A stretch of DNA of 64,000 nucleotides from Rhodosorus marinus CCMP1338 (Eukaryota > Plantae > Rhodophyta): positions 1,736,001 to 1,800,000 of the forward strand of contig JAMWBK010000007.1 in NCBI GenBank assembly GCA_029953675.1, written 5' to 3'. Positions 23,725-36,028 of this stretch are shown in pieces. The notes under the pieces were generated by a model. The model saw only the letters and a program-made list of their open reading frames with translations. It was not told where the DNA came from and did no database searches. The number at the start of each line of letters is the position of its first letter. Position 1 is the stretch's first letter. The position numbers and the translations under genes were made by a program.

Positions 23725-24330
23725 CTTGGTAATCTCCGCGGCAGACAAGTTCCCGAAGCGATCCTTCCGTTCAAAGATAGAGGAGGGCGACGTGTGCTGC
23801 AAGAGCTGCAACAAAAAGTGGAATAATCTTGTCAACTGACAAGGTGCTGAACATTATTCTTCTCCAAGGCCCAGTCTGAACTCTCTCAACAAGAAAACGC
23901 GACTCTCACTGATCCTTCCGGTCGTAAGGGATGACGAAGCCTACTTGGTAATCTCCGCAAATCTCCGCAACCAGCTTCCCGAAGCGATCCATGCTTTCAA
24001 ACATCAAGAAGACGATTTAGGCTTGCAAGAACACAACAAAACGTAGTAAACAAGGAACGCTCTTGTCGGCTGACAACGAGAACGCAATGTATGGGAGTTC
24101 AAGTTGCCGCTGTTCTTCTCCAAGCCCCAGTCTGAACGCCCTAAACTAGACGACGCGACTCTTCCTGATCCTTCCAGAGTTCAAGGATGACGAGTCCACT
24201 TGGTAATCTCCGCAACCAGCTTCCGAAAGCGAGCCATGCTTTCAAAGATCGGGAAGAAGACGATATGTGGTGCAAGAACAAGCAAAACGTAAAAGCGGAG
24301 CGTTCTTTGTCGACGGACAAGTCTGCAGTC
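23725..24330. repeat. Three diverged tandem units (~220-255 bp)
   Basis: Anchor cttggtaatctccgc at 23725, 23944 and 24199, with shared flanks (ttcttctccaag..cagtctgaac..gcgactct..ctgatccttcc..ggatgacga). Confidence 0.85.
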
Positions 24331-24761
24331 TCCCGAGAAGACGAGGTCTCCTCAACGTACTCAATACAACCCCGACGGAATCGCCTTGAAAGAAGCAGTG
24401 CGTACGTTCTGAGTACAGCTGAAGAAGATAAAGTGCGCATGTACCATAGAAAAAGAGCGAGGGCCGAGCTGCTGAAGAGTAGCTTTCCAATGAGAAAGTC
24501 TGGGCCCGCTGGGCTCTTGACAGTTCCCTAGCTCAAACCTCGCGGGAAGAACCCGACGAGTACACAGCTCAGCTTCCAGGTTCGAGCTCGCCGTGATGAT
24601 CGTGGAGATTTCGACTGCGTTTTGAAGAGAAAACACTTGTGATTTACTGTACAAAAGGAGATGAACTCCGTCCTATGGGCGCCCACCTTACTCGTAGTGC
24701 TTTTTCGATCCGCAGAATTCTGGTGGACGGCTCCGGCGTGGTTCGTCGCCAGACTTGCCCG

Positions 24762-27700
24762 CTAGAGAATGCTCTCTCGAATATCTTCGATCTTCCGAAA
24801 TACCTCAGGTACTGATCGATCCAGCACTTCGGCCAACTCCTTCTGCTTGTTAGGGACAAGCGTCGCGAATTGTTCGACAAGATCCCCATCAACGACGTTC
24901 CGAACGGGATAATAGTAGGATCTATAGTTTAGGTGATCGCGCCCACAGAGCGGAGCCTTGGATTCCCTCAAGGACATTTCGAGCTGCTGGAGAAGCTCAA
25001 CATCGGACCGGAACGCGACAGGAGCCAACGCTCCTATGGCGCCTCCAATGGTCGAGTAGAGAATAACATCGGAATTCCCACCTAGAGACACTTTCGTCAA
25101 CGTATTTACAATCGATCCTACGTGAAAGCAGGCCTCGACGAAGAACTTGTTTGGCGCAGATGCACCAGCTTCGAGCAGCCTCCCTCCCGTCGGATCAGAA
25201 TCCAGCGACTCGCTCAGTTCTACGGGTATTCTCAGAACAAACACATTGCCAAACTTATCCGCTCCTGCTACAGTCTGGTAGTCCAAAATACATAGTGAGG
25301 TCATCCAACGGGGAACAGTGTCATCCGCTACAACCATGAGCCGGTTCTCCGAGACTTTGTACTGAAGTAAAGTCACACTCTCCTGGACGTCCCCAATAAA
25401 GATTCGATCGCCAATACTCGCGATGGAATTCAGCTGGAGACAGCGTAGAGAGGTAGCCAAAAAACAAGAAACCAGTGAGCAAGGGTGACATCGTCCAAAG
25501 AAATTTACCCAGCCGCTTTTTCTTCTGCTGCAACTTACAAGAGTGGGCACCGCTCCCTTATATTCAGTCTTCTTAAGAAGTCTCTTCTTCCCTAGTTCGT
25601 AGAGCCTCAAGGAGTCGCCTATACCCGCCAGGATTCTGCCATGGAATGTCTCAAGCGCGACGCATGGCTTTTCTATGGATGTAACATGGACGAGGTTTAG
25701 CTTCCTCGGCTCGTGGTTGAGAACGTAGAGCCGGAGCTCGCCTGTGGCTGGTTTCTCCGGTTTGATTCGACGGTCCGGCGGAGAGGTAGAGTCAATCAGC
25801 AGGTGCCTGGCCACGGAGACGCATAAGAAAAGCTCTCCTGGTCTATCATTGAAGGTGACAACGCAACCGGCCAGTGCACATTCATCTTCTTCCAATTCTA
25901 TCTTGTCCAGAGTCACCGCGCTCGGTGATTCGTCCTCGTCCTGCACATCTTCAGAGCTGTTCTCAATGTCGTTCCGGTACATACTCGACAGCCGAATTGT
26001 CGAAGCCCACTTGCCCAATGGCATTGACCCCGTGTGTCCTCCGGGGCCGACCGTCAGCTTAGACGTCCGCTGATCAGATTCAATCGAGACCACAAGTCCA
26101 CTCGAAGGCGATTCGGGGGCTTTCATGTTCAAAAGTCGCCTTGGCGTGCACGGTAACAGCATCTGGGTCGTGTTGAAGACCGCTCCGGGAGCAGCATCAT
26201 CCAACGCGGCCTGGCCAATCATCTCTGGGTCGTCCAATGATAGAATCCGAAGAGCTGACTTATGCACCGTCACGAATCCCTCCGGAACCTGCTCTGAGCA
26301 AAAGCTCGTGGCCATATCTACGGCGAAAGAGCAGAGCGGAGAAAGGGTTGTTCTACCCCAGCTCTGGGGGTGCAATACCCAGACCGAAGTGCTCAGGGCA
26401 AAACATGTCTCTACACCGCCAACACTCACGTGGTGAAGACGGACAGGCCTGGGGCTAAGGAACCTCGTTCTCTTGTCCGTGATTTGCCCGCTCATCACAT
26501 CGAGCTTAAGTCTCAAGAGAATCCCGTTTTGCAACCCGACCAAAAGCACCGGCTGATCCGATCCCACCAGCAGCATCGCCAGCGAGCTCACTGGGCCCGG
26601 CAACGCTTGCACAGCAGCGTTCTGCAGACTACCATCCGATTGGATTCCGAGCAGCCTTGCAGTATTGCTCACCCCATCCGAAATTGCCAGAAACATTCCT
26701 CGAGATCTGCCCACCGCTGGCCTCGAAAACGCAAGACAAGGTCGTGCTCCATCCGTGCTCTGCTCGGATCCTCCTCCCATGGAGAATACGCCGTCGAGCT
26801 TCTCGACTTCGTCCAGGTTGCCACTCTCCGAATCCAGCTCAAAATAGACAAGATCACCCGAAGACAGGGCGACGGCAATCTGAATCGGATTCGATGTTGC
26901 CGCTGTTATTTGCGTGCCTGCTGGGGGCTTCCACTCCATCACCGCCGCGTTCCTCCTCACTAGCCTGATTCCGTTTGCGTGCACCTGGACAATAGCGTCG
27001 TCGCCGAGTAGGACAGCCAGAATCGTCGCTACGTCTCCCAAAAATCCAGATTCCGTCACCTCCTCCACGGTCTCACCGATCCGAAGCACAAGAGTTGCAT
27101 TCTGGAAGCCCACCACAATGTACTGATCGTATTCATCGGTGCGGTTTTCCTTTATCGTGAATACCGCAATAGGAGAAGCCGGCAGCTCAGATACAGCCAT
27201 TTCCTGCACGGCAAATCCACGCCTTAGCAAGTTCAAGGACGAGGCAGTTCCTCTCCCGCACGCTACTGCGATTTGAGTCTCCGATTCTCCGCAAAAATCA
27301 TCTGTCTGCCAGGCGAGCATTGGCGCCAGCGACTTCAACGTATCCATCACAAGCAGATTCTCCGGTGAGCCCCTTGGAACGAACTGGAGGCGTTTACCAG
27401 TATCTCCGTTGGCTACTGTAGAAATGGAAAGCCCACCGGCAGGGTCGTTGTCGTCACCAACACCTTGAAACTGGTAGAAATTGTGATTCCCAAACTCGCT
27501 CGCCGCGAACAGAAATCCAGTCCTAAGCACGCACATCGCAGATGCGGCGTACGGCAACGTATCCAGATACTTGATGCGGACCTCGGACACGGTCTCTTCG
27601 GACCACTTGAGCTCCACTTTGAGCAGATCTCCGCGCTCAGTGCAGAGGAGGAAGAAGAACATTCCCCGCTGCTTGTGCAGAGCGTGCGAGACGATCATTG

Positions 27701-28584
27701 TGTTGTTCTTCGCATCTCCCTGGCGATGAGGAAGCATCGCTTCGACGACTGGGTGCTCCTTACTGATTCCATGGTAGCAAATCTTTCCCAGCGAACAGAC
27801 AAGAGCGCCACTGGGCCCGTCTCCTCCTCCGGGCACGCTGCAAACTTTTGTGGCGGAGTCTTCAACTTGAACCGCCTGCTTCCGCATCGCATGGTTGAGG
27901 CCGAGATCCAACTCGTAGTAGACAAGAAGTTTCTTCTTCGGCGCCTCATACGGTCTCTCCAAAGCCGCGAAAATAGGGTTTTCAAAGCCCACGTCCAAAG
28001 CAGCGACGTCATAACAGACAACACCGGTCTTATGCGCCTCGAGCGGGGAGGATATCGTTAGGTTCTCTTTCGAGTCGCGGTTCAAGACATAGACAAATTT
28101 TTGCTTCTCCAACGCCCCGAGGAGACAGGCACGTCCTCGTGGATCGGCTACTGTGTACTGTCCGGGAACAATCCTTCGAACCCCGCTCTTGCCAAAGTTC
28201 TCGCAATGAACCTGATATCGGAAAGGGCAAAGTGCGCGTAAGAATCTTTGCCTAGAAAGGATTAAAAGTGTTCGAGGTACAGACCTGATCAAAACGTCCC
28301 AACTCTCCGTTGAACTGAACAACCGTAACATTTCCAGAATCCGACCCGATGATCAAGTAGTCACGTTTAGCTCCAGTAAGCCTGAACGCCGCAAGTGACC
28401 GTAGCTGACCAAAACAGTCCGACCTCCCTACCAACCTCAGCTTTCCATTCTCATCTGGACGCACCACCTCCAGACTCGAACCGCAAGCAAGCGCGATCTC
28501 GTGTACCTTGGGCCCAGAAAAAGATCCATACGCCAGTGCGATCACACCAGTCGGCTTCTGCAACGTCAAATGATACAGATGCAT
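24762..28584 (-). CDS. SF3B3: Splicing factor 3B subunit 3 (SAP130/Rse1); exons 28584-28285, 28211-25539, 25433-24762; 1214 aa
   Basis: MHLYHLTLQKPT start, DYLIIGSDSG, TYYELDLGLNH-like YYELDLGLNH, LCGRDHLNYRSYYYPVRNVVDGDL; length matches the family. Confidence 0.95.
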
Positions 28585-28916
28585 ACTTCCAAATAATAGA
28601 TATGTATACCCTTTCCCAACAAACAAACTAAAAAAAGCTTAACACGAAATCCCCCTCCCCCCAAAACAAAAAGCAAAACCCCAAAAACTCTTCACTCCAA
28701 TCCACGAGAAATCCTATTATGATCCATGAAGATCCTTTTCGTAGGATTACCTAGGAACTAATCATACATTCTGGTGTTCAGTACTCTAACTCCATCACGT
28801 CTAAGTACATTCATGCCCACTCTCTCTCTCTCCATCCCTCTAAAGCTCACAACAGATGTGAACATTTCGCTGGAGAACCTTTTTTTTTTTCCCCCATTCA
28901 TCGATCAACCGATACG

Positions 28917-28974
28917 GCATCGTTTCCGCCATTTTCCGCGGCCGCGGAAAATGGCGAACGGACGGAAACGATGC
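28917..28974. repeat. 58-nt inverted repeat with a perfect 30-bp palindrome (28927-28956) centred on GCGGCCGC
   Basis: cgccattttccgcgg|ccgcggaaaatggcg plus outer arms gcatcgtttcc / ggaaacgatgc. Confidence 0.95.
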
Positions 28975-31051
28975 TATCCACATAGGAACTCGCTTTCATT
29001 CTCTGTGTCGTGGAAGAGATGGTTAGTTAAAGCTAGACTTGCTTCTTGGAAGTGGCGTATTTATAGATGAGTGATATTTATGCTTACTCGAGCTTTCTTT
29101 AACTTGTGAAATCACTGAAAATGGAAAAGACTATCGTCCGAATGGACATCTACATCGAAATGGACAAAAATTCGATGTGGTGTGGAAGGGATGGCAAATG
29201 GCAAGCTAGACTGCCTGGCTGATGTATTGGTGGACTGTAAGGCATTAGGTTTCCTAGGCTTGTCCCTGGTTCGGGAAACACTCAAAATGGAGAAGGATGT
29301 GGCTGGCTAAGTCTTGATCGGAACTTTATCTGCTTGCTTTGGCAAGCTATGGTTCGAATCCGTGAGTGTCATGTGGGTGCGTTTTTGGGATGCGAATTTT
29401 CTGTCAATCGATGTGGGTCTGGGGTATAAGGCAACGGCAAGCTAGAATTTACAAGCTAATTCGTGCTAAGCAAACCAGGCCGAGTCCATTCATCGATCAA
29501 TTGACGACGTGAATATCTGATGAGCTAATCGGTTTGCTTGACTGTCTGCGCTTTTCGACAGGAATTTCAGGAATCCGCATAGCGGAGGAGCAGCTCCTGC
29601 CTGTGAATGTACTTTCAGCAAAACTGAGGGCAGATGAACTTCTTGCAAGCGCCTATGGTCCACCGCACACGGCAGCGCTCTTAATCGAGGGAGCACCGCA
29701 GATCCCTCTAAACGCTTGAACGATGTCACAGCAATCCTTGGCCTGCCCTCTACCGCTCTCACCCCTCCCCTTCGTCAACCCCTTCCCCCGCCTTCAGACC
29801 TCGCTATTACACAGCCATACAACCCACAACCAGCGCCAGCCCTTGGACTCCGCCAGAGTTCCCACGCCTCCTAAACTTGATAAAACAGACATCTTTTCGG
29901 TGTGGGTGTGTTCTCTGTTTATCTACTACAGCACCTAAAGACTACCGTTCAGCCTCCAGCATGCACCTCCAGACCGGTACATCCACCATCACATCCCCAC
30001 CCCCCCCCCAAGCGGTCAGCAAGCGAACCCGATCAACCCACCCGTTCCAAAACCGTATCAAAACCCCCCAATTTCCTATATACCGTATATAACTATTTCA
30101 AATATTTCTCAGGATACTGTCCATTAAAAACTCCGAACGTCTTAAAGTTCAGTTCATTCAACTCGAAAACAGCTCTTCACATTGAAAATAGTAAACATTT
30201 TAGCCCGCTCTTTTCGAAAGAACGATTGCTATACAATCATTATCAGCTTCGTTTTGATTGTTTAATTTGCCCGTTTGATGTGACCAATATTATTTGCAAT
30301 TAACGACGAGCTTGCATTTTTATTGATTAAGAGATAAAGTTTCTTGGCCAAAGGTTTGGCATTTTGTAGGCAGGAGTCACTTTAGAGTCCCTAAGGGAGT
30401 GGAGAGTCTTGCCGGCTTTGCTTGCGGATTGTACACAAGCAGCACTGGAAGGCGGGGGGTCCGCGGTCTAACTTTTTTGTTTTTCTACGACTTGAACGGT
30501 TTGATTATTCAATATGTCACCCCGGTATTCCATACTATAAATATGTACATATAAAAAAGTAATTAAATAAACGATCTCGTTTCGCTTTTAGAATACGAAA
30601 TACGGGGGGGTAGATTTTTGAAGATTAACTCCAAGCGAAACTCTATCAACAAAAGGAGGGGGAAGGAGAGGGGGGTTTAGAGATAGTAAAACGACGGCCC
30701 TCTCGTCTGGTTTCCAGAACGGTCTTTTCATCAATTCACGACATTAATATCAATATAAAACTCTTTAAAATTCAATATACATCGTAATTATTTTTAAGAT
30801 AAGTTTATATTAAATATTTATGACATATTAATAAGTTAGAATTGTCATGAACGACAATTCCATGGAGAGGAGATGCTGCTGTAATGAAATAAGCACTGGT
30901 TTTATTATTGAAAAAGGAATTTATGAGATGTGTGGGGAAATGGTGAAGGAAAAAGGAGGATGATTTCTTCGATGCTAAGAAGTGCTTTTTGGAATATGGA
31001 GAGGAAAGTGGGACGGGCCAAAGACAGCCACACAAATACGTTTTTGGGCTG

Positions 31052-31054
<3 letters not shown>

Positions 31055-31081
<27 letters not shown>
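31055..31081. repeat. (GAT)9 microsatellite
   Basis: Nine consecutive GAT units. Confidence 0.95.
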
Positions 31082-31084
<3 letters not shown>

Positions 31085-31810
31085 GTCCACCAGCATTCTT
31101 ATGTTAGAATAGATGATCCGTCAAGAGCACCTCCAAAAAGGTGTTTATATTATTCAAGTGGGACAAGTCGCAGGAAAAAAGGGGGGCGCCGTTGTAAAAG
31201 CACGTAGCAAGCCACCCTTTTGGCGGCGGACCGACAAGAGGACTCCTATACGTTTAGTCTGGCTTTTTGTTTGAATGTGAAGGAGGATCTTTTTAGCAGG
31301 GAGACTGTGGTTGTAGTTTTATGTGAATCGTCTCTTGAGAAGAAGAAACAAGGTCCAAACAGGCTTGTCAAAGAAACCGTCCGCGTAGCCCCGTTACACG
31401 TGATTTCAAAGTGCAGTCGCTGCCACTTTTTCAGGGCGAGATTGAGAAAGAGGTGGATGTGAACGTGCTGGAAGCAGGTCATATAGGTAAAGGTTTTGGG
31501 TCCATTTAGAGGATCCAGGAGGAGGTTAGGTTTGGGGAGGTTTGCATGCGGTGGAAGACGACCTTTTGAGGTTTTTGGTAGACTTTGTTGGGAGTGAAAG
31601 GAGAAGGTTTTTGGTTGTCGGGAGCGACGAGGTGTTGAACGATTCTTTTCGTCTAGGGACGGTCGGGTGTTTTTAAATCTTTCCGCTGCGTAGTATGTTA
31701 AGTTGAAGTTTTGCGGCATTTTTGCACGCGTTGGGAGGAAAGTTTGGTTCTGCGTTGGTTCTTTTGGGCGGGGGAGATCTTGAGACTATTTTTCGTCTTT
31801 TGTGTGAGTC

Positions 31811-33744
31811 ATGGAAGCTTTTGTAGGTAGCGGGAGTGGCTTCCTTGGGACTGGGGACGTTGGGGTAGGAAGCCGCGTAGGGGTGAGGAGAAGGGCGACA
31901 TGTATGGTGATGGAAAAGAAGAAGAGCATGAGAATTGCTAGTTCTCCAGTTTATGGGGATGGAGCTTCTTCTGATGGGAAGTCGATTGCCTTGCGTGGGC
32001 CAAAGCCACAGGGGAAAACGTCGGGGCGGCCGGCGGTGGTGAACTGGGCGAGGGAGGAAAAAGGCTCAAAGGGAGGTACGAAGGTGGCTGATGTTGCGGT
32101 TCCAGAGGTCCAGGAGATCATGTACGAGAACGCGAAAGCAGTGGAGAAAAGGGGTGATTGGCGATTGGCGCTGAAAATGTACAACGAACTTTTGAAGATG
32201 GACCCGAGCAATGGAAAAATTTATGTTCGAGTGTCAATGCTGTTCAGGAGGCTCCGGAAGATCGACGCATGTCGGAACATTCTCAGAAGGGGACTCCGTG
32301 CAAACCCAATGAACGCAATCATATGGCAGAATTGGGCAGATATCGAAAACAAGGAGGGCAACGTCGATCTTGCGAGGAAATTGTACAAAAACGCGCTCAG
32401 TTCAAATTCACGGCTGCACTCAATCTACAATTCGTGGGGCAGCCTCGAGGCTCGTTTAGGAAATATTGCGAAAGCTAGGGAGCTGCTCAACAAGGGGCTC
32501 AAGTTCAATCCGGATAATTCAAGGCTGCTGTATAGTTTGGGAGTTCTCGAGGACAGACAGCACAATTCCGAGCTTGCCAGGAGATTACTGATGAGGGGCC
32601 TGAAATTGGAACCGGATAACTCCTACCTGCATCAAGCGTTAGCTCTCGTGGAACTGAAGGCACACCGAGTTGGCAATGCGAGGGAGTGCCTGCGAAGGGC
32701 AACCAAGGTGGATCCAAAGAACACGATGGCTTGGCTGACATGGGCACAACTCGAAGAACTTCAAGGACAAAAGGACGTCGCGAGAAGGTATTACCGCATT
32801 GGCTCGGAGGTACGCATTTCAGGTCTCAATGCACTTCACGACTTAAGTACTAACTAGTATGCGAATGGCGCCCTCTGTAGATAAATTCCGCTGGCAACAT
32901 CACGGTATGGCAGTCCTGGGCGAGGATGGAGGAGAAGCTTGGACACGACGAGGATGCCGTTTGGATATATTCCGAGGCTATTGCGAGGGGTTTTGCCGAT
33001 GCTTTGCTTTACAACGAGTACGGCCTCTTGCTGCGCAAGATTGGTAGAAGACGAGATGCGGTCGAGGTTTTCAGACGAGGGTTGGGTGTTGACGAGCACT
33101 GCTCCCAGTTGTACAAGGTAGGAAGGGCGTTTCCCTAGTCGATTTTGGACGCGAGGTGTAGGATGTTCTTGTACGGTACTGAGATGCGGATGTTTGCTTC
33201 CCATGAACGACAGAGTATTGCGTTAGGACTTGTTGAGGACGGATCAATTGAACAGGCGAGGAGAGTCTTCAGCGTTGGTGAAAGGAAAGGAATCGGCCGC
33301 GATGTAGCCAAACTGTTGCACGCCTGGGCAGCTGCGGAGTGGCAGGAGCAGGAGAAAGCTACCGCCAGGGAAATATTCCAGAGAGCTGTCAAAGTGGATC
33401 GCACCTGCGGTTGGCTGTGGATGTGGTATGTAGAATGCTCATACTTGCGCTTGTATGGCACCTCGCTTGGTGTTTAACGAAGCTCGTGTTGGAACTTGTT
33501 TAGGTTTGGCAGGTTCGAACTGGAGGAGGAAAACTTTGACCTGGCGCGACACTTCTTCGCCTGTAGCATAAACGCAGATCCCCGAGACGGGTCCGCATGG
33601 AGGGGATGGGCCGAGCTTGAACGGAAGCAAGGTAACGAGGATCGCGCTAGATTTTTCTACCAGAGAGCAAATGAGTTAGACACAAGGAAGGAACTGTATG
33701 ACTGCGATCCCGAGCATCCTCTGGCAAGATGCCATTCGCACTAG
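31811..33744 (+). CDS. Plastid-targeted HAT/TPR repeat protein, HCF107/Mbb1-like RNA maturation factor; exons 31811-32809, 32881-33117, 33214-33425, 33504-33744; 562 aa
   Basis: MEAFVG transit peptide; repeated HAT helices such as IWQNWADIE..GNVDLARKLY, AWLTWAQLE and AWRGWAELE. Confidence 0.82.
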
Positions 33745-35226
33745 TACATGTGCAATTTGGACGAATGAGTAATGTATGATATGTAAAGATTATCCGTGTT
33801 AGTAGATAGCCTCCGTCCGCCTGAAAGGACTGTTCATACCTCGGCACACAAGCGACTCTATCCGCAACAAAACTTAACACAATAAGCTAGTCCATAGCCA
33901 GCTTCAGGCTCCTGCAGAGCTGACTCGTCAGGAAGACATTGTCATCCTCGGTTTATGCGAATTGGTCACTGGGCATCTCAATGGTTTCACTTTGGCCTTT
34001 GAAAGCTCGCAGAAAGCCGTCTAAAGTATGAAGATCTGTTTCGGCAGTTTCTTTCCCCTATCTTTACGAATCCCCCCATCGGATCGACGAGAAAGCGAAG
34101 AAACGGGGCAATTGCTTGAACCTGCCGTATACCGACGAGTGTGCAAATTGCTGACGTGGTCAGAAAGTTGACAACAGAAGAACACTGTCGCAGGCAGAGG
34201 GTGAAGCTTGGCGACCAACCTGAGCTTAGGACGGAGCTGCATCCCAAAGAACCGGGATGTAAGCAGGATTTCGCGGAAGTGAACCAGCTAACTAGAACTC
34301 ACCGGACTGAATCTAGCTAGAAAAGTCGTATGCCATCTGCTTTGGGGCAAAGCCCAAGACGCGTCAGCGCAAAACCGCACCAGGATCCGAACGAGCTTGG
34401 AAATGCAAAAGCTTCCTCCCTAATGCCTCTCGAGCAACGCCCTATGCACGTTGCCTTTATCTAATCGAGCACGATGCGGGGGGTGGTTGATTGTTTAGCT
34501 TCGGCGAACAACTATCTTCGGACAAACAAGAGCTCGGTTGGATTGGATTAAGACGGAACTGAAAAATCGGTGAAGGGCTATTTATCCAATCCAACCGACG
34601 CCGACCTCTTTCTTGACCACTCCAGGACTCGAAGCGTGTAGATTCAATTCGCACAGTTCGTTCACTTTTTGAGCCTGAGTATCTTTGAGAAGCGGAAACA
34701 AGACGCTGTGTTGGCTTGGCGATTCCACATTCACACACCGCGATACTTGCTCGCCTCCCTGTCCACGCTGGAGAGCTGCTAGCGGCTCCTCTTCGAAGGC
34801 ACAAAGGAGTCACTGTACGCGGCACGTGTTGAGAAGGAGTGCAGATGCCATAACGCATCGTTTCGTCAAGTCTGGATTCGGGTGAGGAGTGTTTAGCAAA
34901 ATCGAATTTCATGTTAACAAATGGATCTCCTATGTGGGCAGAGTTAACCCTTTCTTGACTCTACTCCGATGCACACAGATCTGCCCTACCACACATAGAG
35001 CTTGGGGGTGGGGGGGGTTTGCAGTGCACAGCTCGAGGGAGGCAAACGACCTAGTGGAAAAGCATAAACAAAGGACATGGTTTAGAAAGTATCTTTGAGG
35101 ATACTTTCTCACCAACGCTCGAAGTCGGATATGCAGTAGGCCAATGTGCAAAGTACATGAACGACTACACACCCCCACAAGATATGCTGATGGTCAACGA
35201 TAAGGAAACAGTCGTTCTGGTTTTCC

Positions 35227-35506
35227 TTTCGTCGTTTAGGAGGACGATTTTCTGGATCCGTCCTGCTCTTCATCATCCTCTAAGCTTTTGAAAAGACTCT
35301 TCAAAGTCGGGCTCGTTGTGGTAGTCTTTTCGTCGTTTAGGAGGCACCATTTTTACACACAAAATAGTTTTGCATCTTTGTCTTCATCGTTCTCCTACAA
35401 GCTTTCTGGAGGGATCCTTCAAAGGCGGGTGAGGAGGAAAAGGACGATTTTAGACAAAACTCCGTTTTCCATCCTGGTCTTCATCATGCTCTTTTAAAAG
35501 CTTCTG
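35227..35506. repeat. Three degenerate ~100-bp units
   Basis: tttcgtcgtttaggagg at 35227/35328; aggacgatttt at 35241/35441; tcttcatc at 35267/35381/35478; aagctt at 35282/35399/35498. Confidence 0.65.
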
Positions 35507-36028
35507 ATCCATCGAGGGAGGGTGAGGGGAGGAGAGGAGTATTCTGGTTTTTGGTTTCCTCGGGTGAGGAAGGACGGACGATAACCAAACGTCTAAATTG
35601 TATTTGTCATTTGGTGGATCTTTCCCTACAACTAGTTCACTGCGTTGGTGCCTAGGTTATTCTCAAAGAGCCGGGGCATTCGTTTCCTTCAGCCTATTGT
35701 TTTGAAGGGGTTACTCGTAGACGGGAGAAGAGGAAGGGAATCTTTCCGTTGTTAAGGAAGAAAGGAGGCGATTCACCAAGAGGGTATTACTCGACGATCC
35801 TTTTCGTTGTTGTTTTTTTGCCTGTTTTGGGAGGTTTTGAACGACCAGGGAGGACGCTCAATTTCATCGGCGTTGTTTTTTAGAAGGGGATTCTAGGCGG
35901 CTAAGTGCGTCTGCACCGTTGTCCTGTTTTTTGGTTTCGGCCGTCGAATTGCGAGGATAGTTAAGGGCCTTTCAGGTTTGATGCAGGAGGGAGGGGTTTT
36001 GGGATAGTTTGGCTTCTTGAGCAGGACG

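Noticed and set aside
25434-25538. Stop-free, 3n-length introns (SF3B3 105 bp, photolyase 99 bp at 14828-14926, eIF5B 123 bp at 55599-55721) as regulated exitrons
   Set aside because: About one third of introns are 3n and about 20% of ~33-codon stretches lack a stop. Two to three such cases among roughly 35-45 introns is what chance predicts.
21158-28584. PRP4 and SF3B3 close together as a splicing gene cluster
   Set aside because: Housekeeping genes are dense throughout the window, and there is no shared regulatory feature or synteny evidence.
33800-35180. Possible minus-strand gene starting MSFVYAF at ~35078 and ORF 34457-34912
   Set aside because: No splice combination I tried gave an open frame (the best junction creates TGA), and there is no recognisable domain.
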